DNA of 64,000 nt from an uncultured Gammaproteobacteria bacterium. Its GTDB lineage: Bacteria; Patescibacteriota; Patescibacteriia; SG8-24. The stretch is from the NCBI GenBank assembly GCA_964491475.1, contig CAZBFO010000004.1, positions 3,290 to 67,289 of the forward strand, read 5' to 3'. This document shows, one piece after another, positions 39,044 to 48,122 of this stretch. The notes beneath the pieces were generated by a model. It was not told the DNA's origin and ran no database searches. It worked only from the letters and a program-made list of their open reading frames with translations. A program made the position numbers and the translations under genes. The first letter of the stretch is position 1. Each line of letters starts with the position of its first letter.

Positions 39044-41602
39044 TCATGCGTTAACGACGGCAATGCCGTTCTCTGGCGATTGATCGTCTTCTGTCGGGAA
39101 GCTCACCGCAACTGTCGTGCCCACTCCCTCCCGGGATTCGATGGTGATGCGGCCGCCGTGCAGTTCCACCAGGCGCTTGGCCATGTAGAGACCGAGGCCC
39201 GTGCCTTCGACCTCGAAGCCGGTGATGTTCGTCGCCCGGAAGAAGCGCGTGAAGATGCGTTTGGTATCCTCTGCGGGAATGCCGATGCCGCTGTCTTTGA
39301 CGATCACCTTCACGAAACCGCCCTTCTTGCCGTCGTGCCGGACCGCCATCTCCTGACTCACGCGAATCTCCACGAAGCCCTTGGGAAGCGTGTATTTTAC
39401 CGCGTTCGTCACCAAGTTCAGCAGCACCTTCTCCACGTAGACCGCATCTGCCGAGACTTTGGGCGCAGGCTCGGCGGGCCGAGCCCATTTCAGCTCGACA
39501 CCCTTCTTTCGCGCCTCGACCGCCACCTGTCCGGCGACCGCGTCGACGACATCCTCGAGGGCTACGGGAGCCTTGTGCAGCGCCACGCGACCGCGGTCGA
39601 TGAGCATGACGTCCTGCAGGTCCCTGAACAGGTTGCTCAACCGCTGGCTGGTCTGGTGCAGGCGCTCGATCAGCTCCATCTGCTCCTTGTTGAGCCGGCC
39701 CGTGTCGCCGAACCGCATGGCGTCCAGCGTCCAGCGGAAGACGTTCAGCGGGACCCGCAGCTCTCGCGTGGCGTGATCGAGGAAGTCATGCCGTTCCCTT
39801 ACTGCCGCCCGCAGGGCCTGGGTGCGCTCGCCGATCGCCTCGAGCATGTGGTTAAAGGCGGAGGCGAGCTGCCCGACTTCGTCCGGACTGCCGTACTTGA
39901 CCCGGTGGTCGTATTCTTCGCGCTCCACCTTGACAGCGGCGGTGCGAAGTTCGCGAATCGGCCGCAACGTGACCGTCATGCTGAACAGCAGCAGCGCCGT
40001 TATCAGCATGACCGCGAACAGCGTGAGAAGAGCGACCAGCGAAATGATGCGGAACGCCTCCGCATCGAGCGTCCGGTTGGCGACGACCGTGTAAAAGTAG
40101 CCATGCGCCTCACCATCGGAGTCGAAGGTGCGCTCAAGGAAAAAGCTGTTTTCGCCGTCGTCGTAAAAACTGATGCCTCCGGGAAGCACGTGATAACGCA
40201 ATTGGTCCCGAACCGAGCTGTCGACGGCAGGTCCCGCGGAGAAGACGGCGTCCCCGCTGTCCGAGACATAACCGTAGCCTGACGAGCTGATGGGGGCCAC
40301 GGACAGGTATTCGTTGAAATTGAAGGCCGAATCGACGTCGGTGACGATGGCCGCGCCGCGGACGGACCCGTCCGAGGACATGATGGGCTCGGCGGCACGA
40401 AGCACCCAGAGGCCGAACGCGTCATCCTTTTCGATCGAGGCATGCCCCCTGCCGGACAAGGCACGCGCGATGGCGTGCGAGTCGACGAGAAAGCCTCCGA
40501 TGGCGGCGTCTGCGCGAGTGGAGAAAAGGATACGACTGTCACGGTCGACGAGATCGAATACCCGCGTACCATGCACGGGACTGGCCAACTCGTTCAGTTC
40601 CGCCCGCAAGACGGGCACGTCCTCCTTGACGCCCCCCAGCACCGACACCGTCCTGGACATTTCCGCAAAGCGATTGGCTTCGTCAATTTGAGCGAACTGC
40701 CGCAACTTGACCGCTTGGACGAAATACCGCAGGTCGCGCTGCATCGCCACGTGGCGAGCGTTCATGGTGCCCTCCACGAACGACGAGGCGATGACGGCCA
40801 GCATGCCGATGGACAGCAGCCAGATGGCGATGACGTTCATCCCAACCGCTTTGAGCATCAGGCTCTTGCGGAACAGGACGTACGGCCGCAGCCGAACCGC
40901 CTTTTCGGGGTGATCCTCGGTCAGAGCCGCCATGAAGGTCAGGAAAAGGAACGCCAGGTAAGCCGCCATGGACGGGACCACCAACGACGCGGTCTGCAGC
41001 ACCACGGCCAAGATCACCATCAGGTTGAAAAGCATGCCGAAGAGCCCCGCGTTCAGCATCATGCGGTCTGCCGGACCCTGACGTTCACCGACGCCCCGCA
41101 GGCGCGCAAGCGCCGACGACCTGCGTATGACCATGCCCAGCAAGGCGAAAAAGAGCGGCGAGTAGATGACGCACAGCTGCCAAGCCGTGTAGAAGATGAA
41201 GGTCACGCCGTTTGCCTGCGTGGCCATCGGCTTCATGGCCACAAGCATGCAGATGCTGCTCGCGGCAAGGACAGCGGTGCATCCGGTCATCAGCCACCAC
41301 AGGTCCTTCTTGTATCGGCTGAAGTACGCCGCGGCGAGAAAGACCCCTCCCACCGAAGTGAACGCGGAAGACATGCGCAGAGCATCGATGGCCGTCTGGT
41401 CATGCCCGTTTGCCGCCAAGACCTGGCCGCCGAAAGTCGTGGCTGCCGCGAACGCTTGCGTCAAAAAAGCCAAGGAATAAAAAAGGAGCGACCGGGTACG
41501 GCGCACCGCATATTCCTTGGCAAGAACGGCAAAAGCGATGACGGAAACGACCGTCAACGTCATCTCAAAAAAAACGGTGCCGATGGTCGAAAACACAGGC
41601 AT
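39044..41602 (-). CDS. Multi-TM sensor histidine kinase (N-terminal TM bundle, Cache-like domain, HAMP, HisKA-like, HATPase)
   Basis: DEVGQLASAFNHM HAMP; NLVTNAVKY, DSGIGIP, GTGLGL boxes; atypical H-box DHATRELRVPL. Confidence 0.9.
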   Translation of the reverse strand: MPVFSTIGTVFFEMTLTVVSVIAFAVLAKEYAVRRTRSLLFYSLAFLTQAFAAATTFGGQVLAANGHDQTAIDALRMSSAFTSVGGVFLAAAYFSRYKKDLWWLMTGCTAVLAASSICMLVAMKPMATQANGVTFIFYTAWQLCVIYSPLFFALLGMVIRRSSALARLRGVGERQGPADRMMLNAGLFGMLFNLMVILAVVLQTASLVVPSMAAYLAFLFLTFMAALTEDHPEKAVRLRPYVLFRKSLMLKAVGMNVIAIWLLSIGMLAVIASSFVEGTMNARHVAMQRDLRYFVQAVKLRQFAQIDEANRFAEMSRTVSVLGGVKEDVPVLRAELNELASPVHGTRVFDLVDRDSRILFSTRADAAIGGFLVDSHAIARALSGRGHASIEKDDAFGLWVLRAAEPIMSSDGSVRGAAIVTDVDSAFNFNEYLSVAPISSSGYGYVSDSGDAVFSAGPAVDSSVRDQLRYHVLPGGISFYDDGENSFFLERTFDSDGEAHGYFYTVVANRTLDAEAFRIISLVALLTLFAVMLITALLLFSMTVTLRPIRELRTAAVKVEREEYDHRVKYGSPDEVGQLASAFNHMLEAIGERTQALRAAVRERHDFLDHATRELRVPLNVFRWTLDAMRFGDTGRLNKEQMELIERLHQTSQRLSNLFRDLQDVMLIDRGRVALHKAPVALEDVVDAVAGQVAVEARKKGVELKWARPAEPAPKVSADAVYVEKVLLNLVTNAVKYTLPKGFVEIRVSQEMAVRHDGKKGGFVKVIVKDSGIGIPAEDTKRIFTRFFRATNITGFEVEGTGLGLYMAKRLVELHGGRITIESREGVGTTVAVSFPTEDDQSPENGIAVVNA

Positions 41603-41754
41603 GCGACCGGCTCGAATAGCAAACGATAACTGGCTTCATTTTACCAAATTTTTGGCCTTTTTAAAAGACCCGTTCTTGCCGAAAGGCAGCCACGGCAAAC
41701 GCCGTCGGCAGCTTGGCATAAAGAAAAAACGCATCCCGTAAGATGCGTGCTTTC

Positions 41755-41830
41755 TGGTGGATTGGCTGGGGATCGAACCCAGGACCAAACGCTTAAGAGG
41801 CGCTTGCTCTACCAGCTGAGCTACCAATCC
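41755..41830 (-). tRNA. tRNA-Lys(CTT)
   Basis: GGATTGGTAGCTCAGCTGGTAGAGCAAGCGCCT-CTT-AAGCGTTTGGTCCTGGGTTCGATCCCCAGCCAATCCACCA. Confidence 0.97.
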
Positions 41831-42012
41831 TCGCTTCCGGTCACTTTTTATTGAGTAGCGGCATCGTAGCAAAAGATATGGGACCTGACAAGTCCCCTGG
41901 AGCCGCCTTTCTTTCCCTGCAGGCCGCATTGACCGCCGGTCAGTTTTGTGCTACTTTGGATGGTCGCGAACCGCGATTTCGGCGCGACAACGGGAAGCGG
42001 AGGGTTGTAGCA

Positions 42013-43026
42013 ATGCGAACGCGAAATCTGCTCATTTTCTGCGTTTTTACGGCGTTTTTGACTGGATCGTGTACCTGCAAGAAGTACGGCGGCCTCGAGC
42101 CTGCCAGCGTCGGAAATGACGGCGTCACGGATGCGGGGGCGCCGATCGGCACGACCGATGCGCGGTCCCTTTCCGATCCCCAACGGACGGAAGTCGCGGC
42201 TACGGCCGTGACGGGACGCAAGTACTCCCCCTCCTGTCCGGAGGGAATGAAGGAAGTGTCCGGAGACTACTGCAAAACCGTAGAGCACCGTTGCCTCAAG
42301 GGCCGCGACGCGATCTTCGTCCCTGACGAGGACCATCCTGGCGGTCTCTACGTTCAGAAGACCATCCCTTGGTCTTGCAACAAGGCCGAAGGATGTCCCG
42401 TCCCCTACTACTGCGACAAGTTCGTGGAAGGGTACGCCATCTGCGGCGGCGACGCCAAATCGCTGCGGTTCTGCATCGACGAGTACGAGTACCCCAACGT
42501 CATCGGCCAAAAGCCGGCGGTGATGGTGACCTGGTACGATGCGAAGCAGGCATGTGCCGACGCCGGCAAGCGGCTCTGCGACGACGACGAGTGGGGTCTG
42601 GCCTGCGAAGGTCCGGACCACGTTCCCTACGGCTACGGCTGGGAGCGTGACGCCACCGCCTGCAACATCGACAGGCCGCAGAAAGAGGGCGGCGTGAACA
42701 CCGACGCCCTCGGTTCGTCTGTCGCCGCCGTACGCGAGGCCGAACTCGCCCGGCTCGACCAGCGGGCGCCCATCGGCTCGTTCCCGCGATGCGTGTCGCC
42801 GTACGGAGTACACGACATGACGGGAAACGTGGACGAGTGGGCCAACAACGTCACTCGCGGCGGAAAGCCGTACCGGTCCATCTTCGCCGGCGGCCACTGG
42901 GTCGGCGGCAAGGACGGCGGGGCGCGCAACCGCTGCCGCCCGCGCACGGACAGCCACAGCGAAGGCTTCCGGTTCTATGCCGAAGGCTTCCGCTGCTGCG
43001 CCGACGCCAAGCAGTCCGTGCGCTGA
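42013..43026 (+). CDS. SUMF1/FGE-sulfatase domain, Cys-rich putative lipoprotein
   Basis: LTGS-C lipobox-like; FCIDEYEYPN, GKRLC..EW..AC, SPYGVHDMTGNVDEW, GFRCC. Confidence 0.88.
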   Translation: MRTRNLLIFCVFTAFLTGSCTCKKYGGLEPASVGNDGVTDAGAPIGTTDARSLSDPQRTEVAATAVTGRKYSPSCPEGMKEVSGDYCKTVEHRCLKGRDAIFVPDEDHPGGLYVQKTIPWSCNKAEGCPVPYYCDKFVEGYAICGGDAKSLRFCIDEYEYPNVIGQKPAVMVTWYDAKQACADAGKRLCDDDEWGLACEGPDHVPYGYGWERDATACNIDRPQKEGGVNTDALGSSVAAVREAELARLDQRAPIGSFPRCVSPYGVHDMTGNVDEWANNVTRGGKPYRSIFAGGHWVGGKDGGARNRCRPRTDSHSEGFRFYAEGFRCCADAKQSVR

Positions 43027-43124
43027 AATCGCGGGACCGGTCCTGAAAGGGCCGGTCTTTTTTTTGATTTTCCAAACCGGTTTACCTGAAATAAAAACGC
43101 CCGACGGATGTCGGGCGAAAGGCG

Positions 43125-44009
43125 TCACTTGGCTTCGGAACAGCAGCGGAAGCCGACCTGGATGCCGGAGTAGGTCTTGTCGTGTTCCGTGGTGGTCGCC
43201 TCGGTGCCGCAGCGGTTGCGGAGGTTCCCCCACCAGCCGCCCTTGAGCCAGCTGCCGCCGTTCGCGCTGCCGTCGGACGAGACCCACTCGTCGACGTTGC
43301 CGGTCATGTCGTGGACGCCGAAGGCGCTCACGCATCCGGAATACTCGCCCGACGGCTTGGAGAAGTTGACGCACGCCTGCCCCTTGATGGGCGCCGGCGT
43401 GCGACCGTATCCCTGCGCGGCGGCGTCGGCCCAGCGCGGCTCTTTGCCGCCCAGGTCGATGCGGCAGGCTTGGCTGTTGCGTTCGGTGCCGTACGGGTAC
43501 GGCTGCCACTTCGGCCCTTGGCAGGCGAAGGTCCACTCGTCGGCGGCGCACAGCCGCTTGCCCTGATCGTGACAGAGCTTCTGGGCTTCGCCCCAGAGGA
43601 CCATCACCTTCGGCGCCTCGCCCGGCTTGTTCGGGTACTCGTAGGCGTCGATGCAGTAGTGCTTCTGGACCGTCGCGCCCTTGCAGGTGCTGGCGGAGAA
43701 ACGCTTGCAGCGGAAGTGGTCGTCAGCGGCCATCCACTCGGCGCAGGTCTCCTTGAGATCGGGACAGTAGGTGCCGCTGATCTCGACCATGTCCGACGGA
43801 CACTTCCCGGAGACGGGCTGTTGCGCCGCCGGAGCCGGATCGGCGGCGACGGTCGCCGGTTCTGCCGGCCGTTCGTTCGTGACGGGTTCGGGAGAACGCG
43901 TCTCGACGGCGGTCTGCGACGCGTCCGCAGGCGGGCTGGTGGGGCTCGAGTGGTTGCAAGCAGCGGCGATGAACAGCGTTGCGGGAATGAGCGGAAGGAC
44001 CTTTCGCAT
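43125..44009 (-). CDS. SUMF1/FGE-sulfatase domain lipoprotein (paralog)
   Basis: AAGGAG SD, IAAA-C lipobox; YCIDAYEYPN, GVHDMTGNVDEW, GFRCC. Confidence 0.88.
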   Translation of the reverse strand: MRKVLPLIPATLFIAAACNHSSPTSPPADASQTAVETRSPEPVTNERPAEPATVAADPAPAAQQPVSGKCPSDMVEISGTYCPDLKETCAEWMAADDHFRCKRFSASTCKGATVQKHYCIDAYEYPNKPGEAPKVMVLWGEAQKLCHDQGKRLCAADEWTFACQGPKWQPYPYGTERNSQACRIDLGGKEPRWADAAAQGYGRTPAPIKGQACVNFSKPSGEYSGCVSAFGVHDMTGNVDEWVSSDGSANGGSWLKGGWWGNLRNRCGTEATTTEHDKTYSGIQVGFRCCSEAK

Positions 44010-44127
44010 TCGGACTCCTTTCACGAGTGCCGTTTAACCCTGCGCAAAAAGGACGGTTTTGGCAAGGGTCTGCCCCAGGCCTTCCGAAAAGGACAAAAAA
44101 CCTCGCAGAAACGCGAGGTTGCGAGGA

Positions 44128-44739
44128 CTACGGTTCGTATATGCGTTGTGCCGGCACTTTCACGACGACTTCGTCGCCGGCATGAATGATGCCGGAGCAG
44201 TATACGGAACCCACGACGCCGCGCCTGCCCATGGCCGCCTTCACGAACTTGGGGGCCAACTTTGGGATGCCGGGATTCTTTGCAGCAATGGCTTCTCCTG
44301 GAACGACGCAGGGTTTGTTTTCACCCCAGACCACCAGCACTGCTGTCCGCGACTGTTCGTCGTTCTTTCGAAAGAACAACATGGTGCCGATCGGCAGGCT
44401 CGTCAGTCGCGGAATGCCGGACAGGATCAGATTTTCTCCGAGACTGCCGTAAGATATCGGCGGCACGTCCATGCCGACCGCAATCTCCTTGAGCTCCTCG
44501 ACCGACACCGCCGAAAACTCCCGATGATTGGCGATTTCGGTCCCCTTTCCGAAACCGAATGACAGCATCCCCTGTTCGCGAGCATCTACCAAGCGCGGTC
44601 CGGCATGTCCGTCTCCGCGCACGCCATGTCCGCGCACGACCTGGATTTTTTCCGCCGATTGCGACACGTGATCGCCGAACGTCGCCGCGACCAGCACCGC
44701 CTCGACCTTGCCCCGCAAAATGAACGCTTCTTTTGTCAC
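44128..44739 (-). CDS. MOSC domain protein
   Basis: GVRGDGHAG, LGENLILSG, ENKPC..PG, RRGVVGSV...G.I..GD; AAGGAG SD, GTG start. Confidence 0.85.
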   Translation of the reverse strand: MTKEAFILRGKVEAVLVAATFGDHVSQSAEKIQVVRGHGVRGDGHAGPRLVDAREQGMLSFGFGKGTEIANHREFSAVSVEELKEIAVGMDVPPISYGSLGENLILSGIPRLTSLPIGTMLFFRKNDEQSRTAVLVVWGENKPCVVPGEAIAAKNPGIPKLAPKFVKAAMGRRGVVGSVYCSGIIHAGDEVVVKVPAQRIYEP

Positions 44740-44823
44740 GGTAACTCCTTTTTGCGTTGGCACACAGTATGTCAAGAAAACCGTTTTGTCAACGTAAAAA
44801 CGCCAGTGCGCTGGCGTTCTTAC

Positions 44824-44898
44824 TGGTGCGGGCGGAGGGATTCGAACCCCCAAAAGCAGCTTCGAAGGCTGCCGTGATATCCATTTCACCACGCCCGC
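44824..44898 (-). tRNA. tRNA-Arg(TCG)
   Basis: GCGGGCGTGGTGAAATGGATATCACGGCAGCCT-TCG-AAGCTGCTTTTGGGGGTTCGAATCCCTCCGCCCGCACCA. Confidence 0.95.
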
Positions 44899-44965
44899 GG
44901 GGCTGGTCCGGACTGCCGCCACGTTAGCAAAAAACCGCGGACCTGAAAAGACCCCGAAGGGTCCT

Positions 44966-46045
44966 TTACTTGTTCTTGCCATTGGAGCTGGTGGCGCCTT
45001 CGTTCAGCACGTAATGCTCGGCCACTTCGGCCTCGACGATGCCGTTCTTCACCAAGTGGTCCAAATCCTGCTCAAAGGTGGTCATGCCCTTGCCGGCAGA
45101 AGTCTGCAGCACGTTCACGATCTGGGCCGCCTTGTTTTCGCGGATGAGGTTGGCGACCGCAGAATTGTTGACCAGGATTTCGCGGGCAGCGACGCGACCG
45201 CCGCCGATCTTGGGGAGCAGCTGCTGCGAAATGACGCCGCGGAGCGTCAGTGCCAGCTGGGTGCGGATCTGGTTCTGCTGGTGCGACGGGAAGGCGTCGA
45301 TGAGGCGATTGATGGTCTGCGAGGCGCTGTAGGTGTGCAGCGTGGCGAACACCAAGTGGCCGGTCTCGGCGATGGTCAGGGTGGTGGCGATGGTATCCAT
45401 GTCGCGCATTTCGCCGACCATGACGACGTCGGGGTCCTGGCGCAGGATGTGCTTCAAGGCGTCCGGGAAGGAGATGAAGTCCTGTCCGAACTGGCGCTGG
45501 CGAATGACGGCCTTCTTGGCCTCGAAGATGAACTCGATCGGGTCTTCGAGCGTGATGATGTTGACCGGCTCGCGCATGTTGATGGCGTTGACCATCGAGG
45601 CGAGAGCGGTTGACTTGCCGGAACCGGTCGGACCGGTGACCAGCACCAGGCCGTGCGGAAACTCGGTCATCGCCTGGGCGCTCGGAGGCAGGCCCAGCGA
45701 GCTCATGCTTGGAATGTCGGACGGGATGGTGCGTGCGGCCATGGCCACGTTGCGCCGCTCCCAGTGCACGTTGATGCGAAAGCGCTTGCCTGTCGGAATC
45801 TGATAGGCCACGTCGAGCTCCTTCTGCTCCATGAACACCCGCTTTTCCTGTTCGGTAATGAAGGAGAACACCAGCTCCTCGACGTTCTGGTTGGTGAGCG
45901 CCTTGGCGCCCTCGATGGGCACCAAGTCGCCATTAAGGCGGAGCAGCGGCGGGCGGCCGACCACAAGATGAATGTCGGACGCCCCCTTGGCGACCGCAAT
46001 CTCAAACAAAGTGTTCATCACGTCGAGCGGTGTGCTTGCTGCCAT
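44966..46045 (-). CDS. pilT: Type IV pilus retraction ATPase
   Basis: ASDIHL, GPTGSGKST, EDPIE, LRQDPD, ETGHLVFATLHT, NLIRENK. Confidence 0.95.
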   Translation of the reverse strand: MAASTPLDVMNTLFEIAVAKGASDIHLVVGRPPLLRLNGDLVPIEGAKALTNQNVEELVFSFITEQEKRVFMEQKELDVAYQIPTGKRFRINVHWERRNVAMAARTIPSDIPSMSSLGLPPSAQAMTEFPHGLVLVTGPTGSGKSTALASMVNAINMREPVNIITLEDPIEFIFEAKKAVIRQRQFGQDFISFPDALKHILRQDPDVVMVGEMRDMDTIATTLTIAETGHLVFATLHTYSASQTINRLIDAFPSHQQNQIRTQLALTLRGVISQQLLPKIGGGRVAAREILVNNSAVANLIRENKAAQIVNVLQTSAGKGMTTFEQDLDHLVKNGIVEAEVAEHYVLNEGATSSNGKNK

Positions 46046-46118
46046 AGTACTCGCACGTTACCACAAAAAAAGACCTCCAGGAAGGTCTTCCTTTTGCACA
46101 GGTTCGCGCCCTCGGCGG

Positions 46119-46811
46119 TTACCAGTTCTTCGCCCGCAAGCCTTTTTCGGCCGCGTCGATCTGGGCCTCCTGCTTCGAGGTTCCCACGCCTTGCGCCACC
46201 AGCTCGTCGCCGAGGAATACCCCGACGGTGAACTCCTTGGCATGGTCGGGGCCCTTCTCGCTCATCACGCGGTAGGTAGGCGTGATCCCGGCGGTCTCCT
46301 GCGCCCGTTCTTGGAATCGGCTCTTGGGATCCAAATGCAGCTGATGCTCGAGGATGTGCGGAAGCCTCGACAGAATGAAACGGTTCACAAAGGTGCGTAC
46401 CACTTCGAAACCCTGGTCCAGGTACATGGCGCCTATGACCGCCTCGATGGCGTTGGCCAAAATGTACTGTCGAGCCTTGCTCTGCGCGTCCTTCGACTCG
46501 CCGTGCGACAGGAACAGGTTGGCCTCGATGCCGATCTCGGACGAGATTTCGGCCAGCATCTTGGCATTCACCAGCGCGGCGCGCCAGTTTGTCAGCTCCC
46601 CTTCAGGATTCGGATAGTTGCGGTACAGGTGCTCCGTCACCACCAGTTCCAATACCGCGTCGCCCAAAAACTCCAGCCGCTCGTTGTGGCCGTGCGTGAA
46701 CGTCGGATGCTCGTTGATGTACGAGCGGTGAACAAAAGCCTGCGTCAGCAGCCCCTTGTCCGCCCAAACTACTCCGATCCCGTTTTCGAACTTGGAAAAA
46801 TCCTTCTGCAT
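46119..46811 (-). CDS. rnc: Ribonuclease III
   Basis: HNERLEFLGDAVLEL signature and C-terminal dsRBD; start trimmed to 46811. Confidence 0.97.
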   Translation of the reverse strand: MQKDFSKFENGIGVVWADKGLLTQAFVHRSYINEHPTFTHGHNERLEFLGDAVLELVVTEHLYRNYPNPEGELTNWRAALVNAKMLAEISSEIGIEANLFLSHGESKDAQSKARQYILANAIEAVIGAMYLDQGFEVVRTFVNRFILSRLPHILEHQLHLDPKSRFQERAQETAGITPTYRVMSEKGPDHAKEFTVGVFLGDELVAQGVGTSKQEAQIDAAEKGLRAKNW

Positions 46812-47000
46812 ACTCGAAGCGTGAAGTCGCCGGCCCGCAGGCCGGTCGACGGCACGGCATCGCCAATCGTCCGTCATCTTTCACTCCCCCGTTTCCCGAG
46901 CGGAAGAAAGATAAGAGACCATTGATGATCCGTATTTTTAATAAGTAAGTGAACGACGCCTACGCCGGCTCTAAAGAACGGCCCACCCACCCGAATGCAC

Positions 47001-47150
47001 GCTGCGCCCCCGTAGCTTGTACGCGGGGGTGGCAGGGGGTGGGGACCCCGCGAGCGCGCAGTGTCGCCCGCAGGCGACCGAGCACTCGCGGGGTGACCCC
47101 CTGACAGGCCCAGCGCACCCCCTAAGAACGTCAGCGCACCCCGGGAACGC
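47001..47150. repeat. GC-rich palindromic element with short direct repeats between nusB and rnc
   Basis: CAGGGGGT..ACCCCGCGAG..GTCGCC-CGCA-GGCGAC..CTCGCGGGGT.ACCCCCTG (47033-47103); CAGCGCACCCC twice (47111, 47132). Confidence 0.7.
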
Positions 47151-47152
47151 GC

Positions 47153-47668
47153 CTACTCTTCCGACTTCTCCGTAGGCGCCTCCATCGCCTCCGACCCTTC
47201 CTTCGCCTCCTTTTTCTTCTTTTCGATCTTGTCGACCTCCTTGATTTCGCCCTTCACGACCATGTCCTTGTAAATCGCGCCGAGCACGCCGTTCACGAAG
47301 CGCCCCGAAGACTCGCCGCCGAAGGTCTTGGCGAGCTCGATGGCCTCGTTGATGGCCACCTTGGAAGGTATCGTCTCGCTGAACTTCAGCTCCTGCACGC
47401 CGATGCGCAGGATGTTGCGGTCGACGTTGGTGATCTGCTCGATCGGCCAGTCGGGAGCGTACTTGGTGATGATGGTGTCGATCTTCTTGACGTTCTCGAT
47501 GACGCTCTTCACGAGCTCCTCGACGAAACCCTTATCGTCGAAATCGGGAGCGAACTCCTTGAGGTTCGCCTCGATGACGTCGTCGAGCGACTTGGCCTCT
47601 TTGCCGTTGAAGTCCCACTGGTAGAGGGACTGCATGGCGATGGTACGGGCGAGATGGCGGTTAGACAT
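47153..47668 (-). CDS. nusB: Transcription antitermination factor NusB
   Basis: [40 protein letters not shown]. Confidence 0.96.
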   Translation of the reverse strand: MSNRHLARTIAMQSLYQWDFNGKEAKSLDDVIEANLKEFAPDFDDKGFVEELVKSVIENVKKIDTIITKYAPDWPIEQITNVDRNILRIGVQELKFSETIPSKVAINEAIELAKTFGGESSGRFVNGVLGAIYKDMVVKGEIKEVDKIEKKKKEAKEGSEAMEAPTEKSEE

Positions 47669-47768
47669 ACGAGTGGACGTTAGGAGCGAATGAGCATTGG
47701 TGCGTTAAACATAGCATTTTCCGTCCTGGCACGAAAAGACGCGCGGCGTTGCCACACGTCTCCGGCTA

Positions 47769-48014
47769 TCAGTCGTGCTTGTGACCCTTGTGGTCGTCGT
47801 GATCGTGCTTGGCGACGGCCTTCTTCTTCGACAAGGGGCTCTTGAGCTCCAGGACCTTGCGTCCGGCATAGGTGCCGCAGGACGGGCAGGTGACATGGGG
47901 CAGCATCTGCTCCTTGCACTTGGGGCAGGCGACGAGCACCAGCTTTTTGAGCGCAAAATGCGCGGCGCGGCGGCGCTTGTGCGAGCTAGTTCGGCGATGT
48001 CCAGGGAGACCCAT
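47769..48014 (-). CDS. rpmF: 50S ribosomal protein L32
   Basis: MGLPGHRRTSSHKRRR, CPKC...PHVTCPSCGTY; His-rich tail. Confidence 0.93.
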   Translation of the reverse strand: MGLPGHRRTSSHKRRRAAHFALKKLVLVACPKCKEQMLPHVTCPSCGTYAGRKVLELKSPLSKKKAVAKHDHDDHKGHKHD

Positions 48015-48122
48015 AGTGGCTGCGGAATAACCTATAAATCGAAAGTATCGACACTCTACCCAAATGCCCCGGCGCCGTCAAGGGCGAGGGTACGAAAAAC
48101 CGCCCTTTTAGGGGCGGCAGAG

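Noticed and set aside
41755-44898. tRNA-bounded 3-kb block as an integrative element
   Set aside because: No integrase and no duplicated tRNA 3' end found
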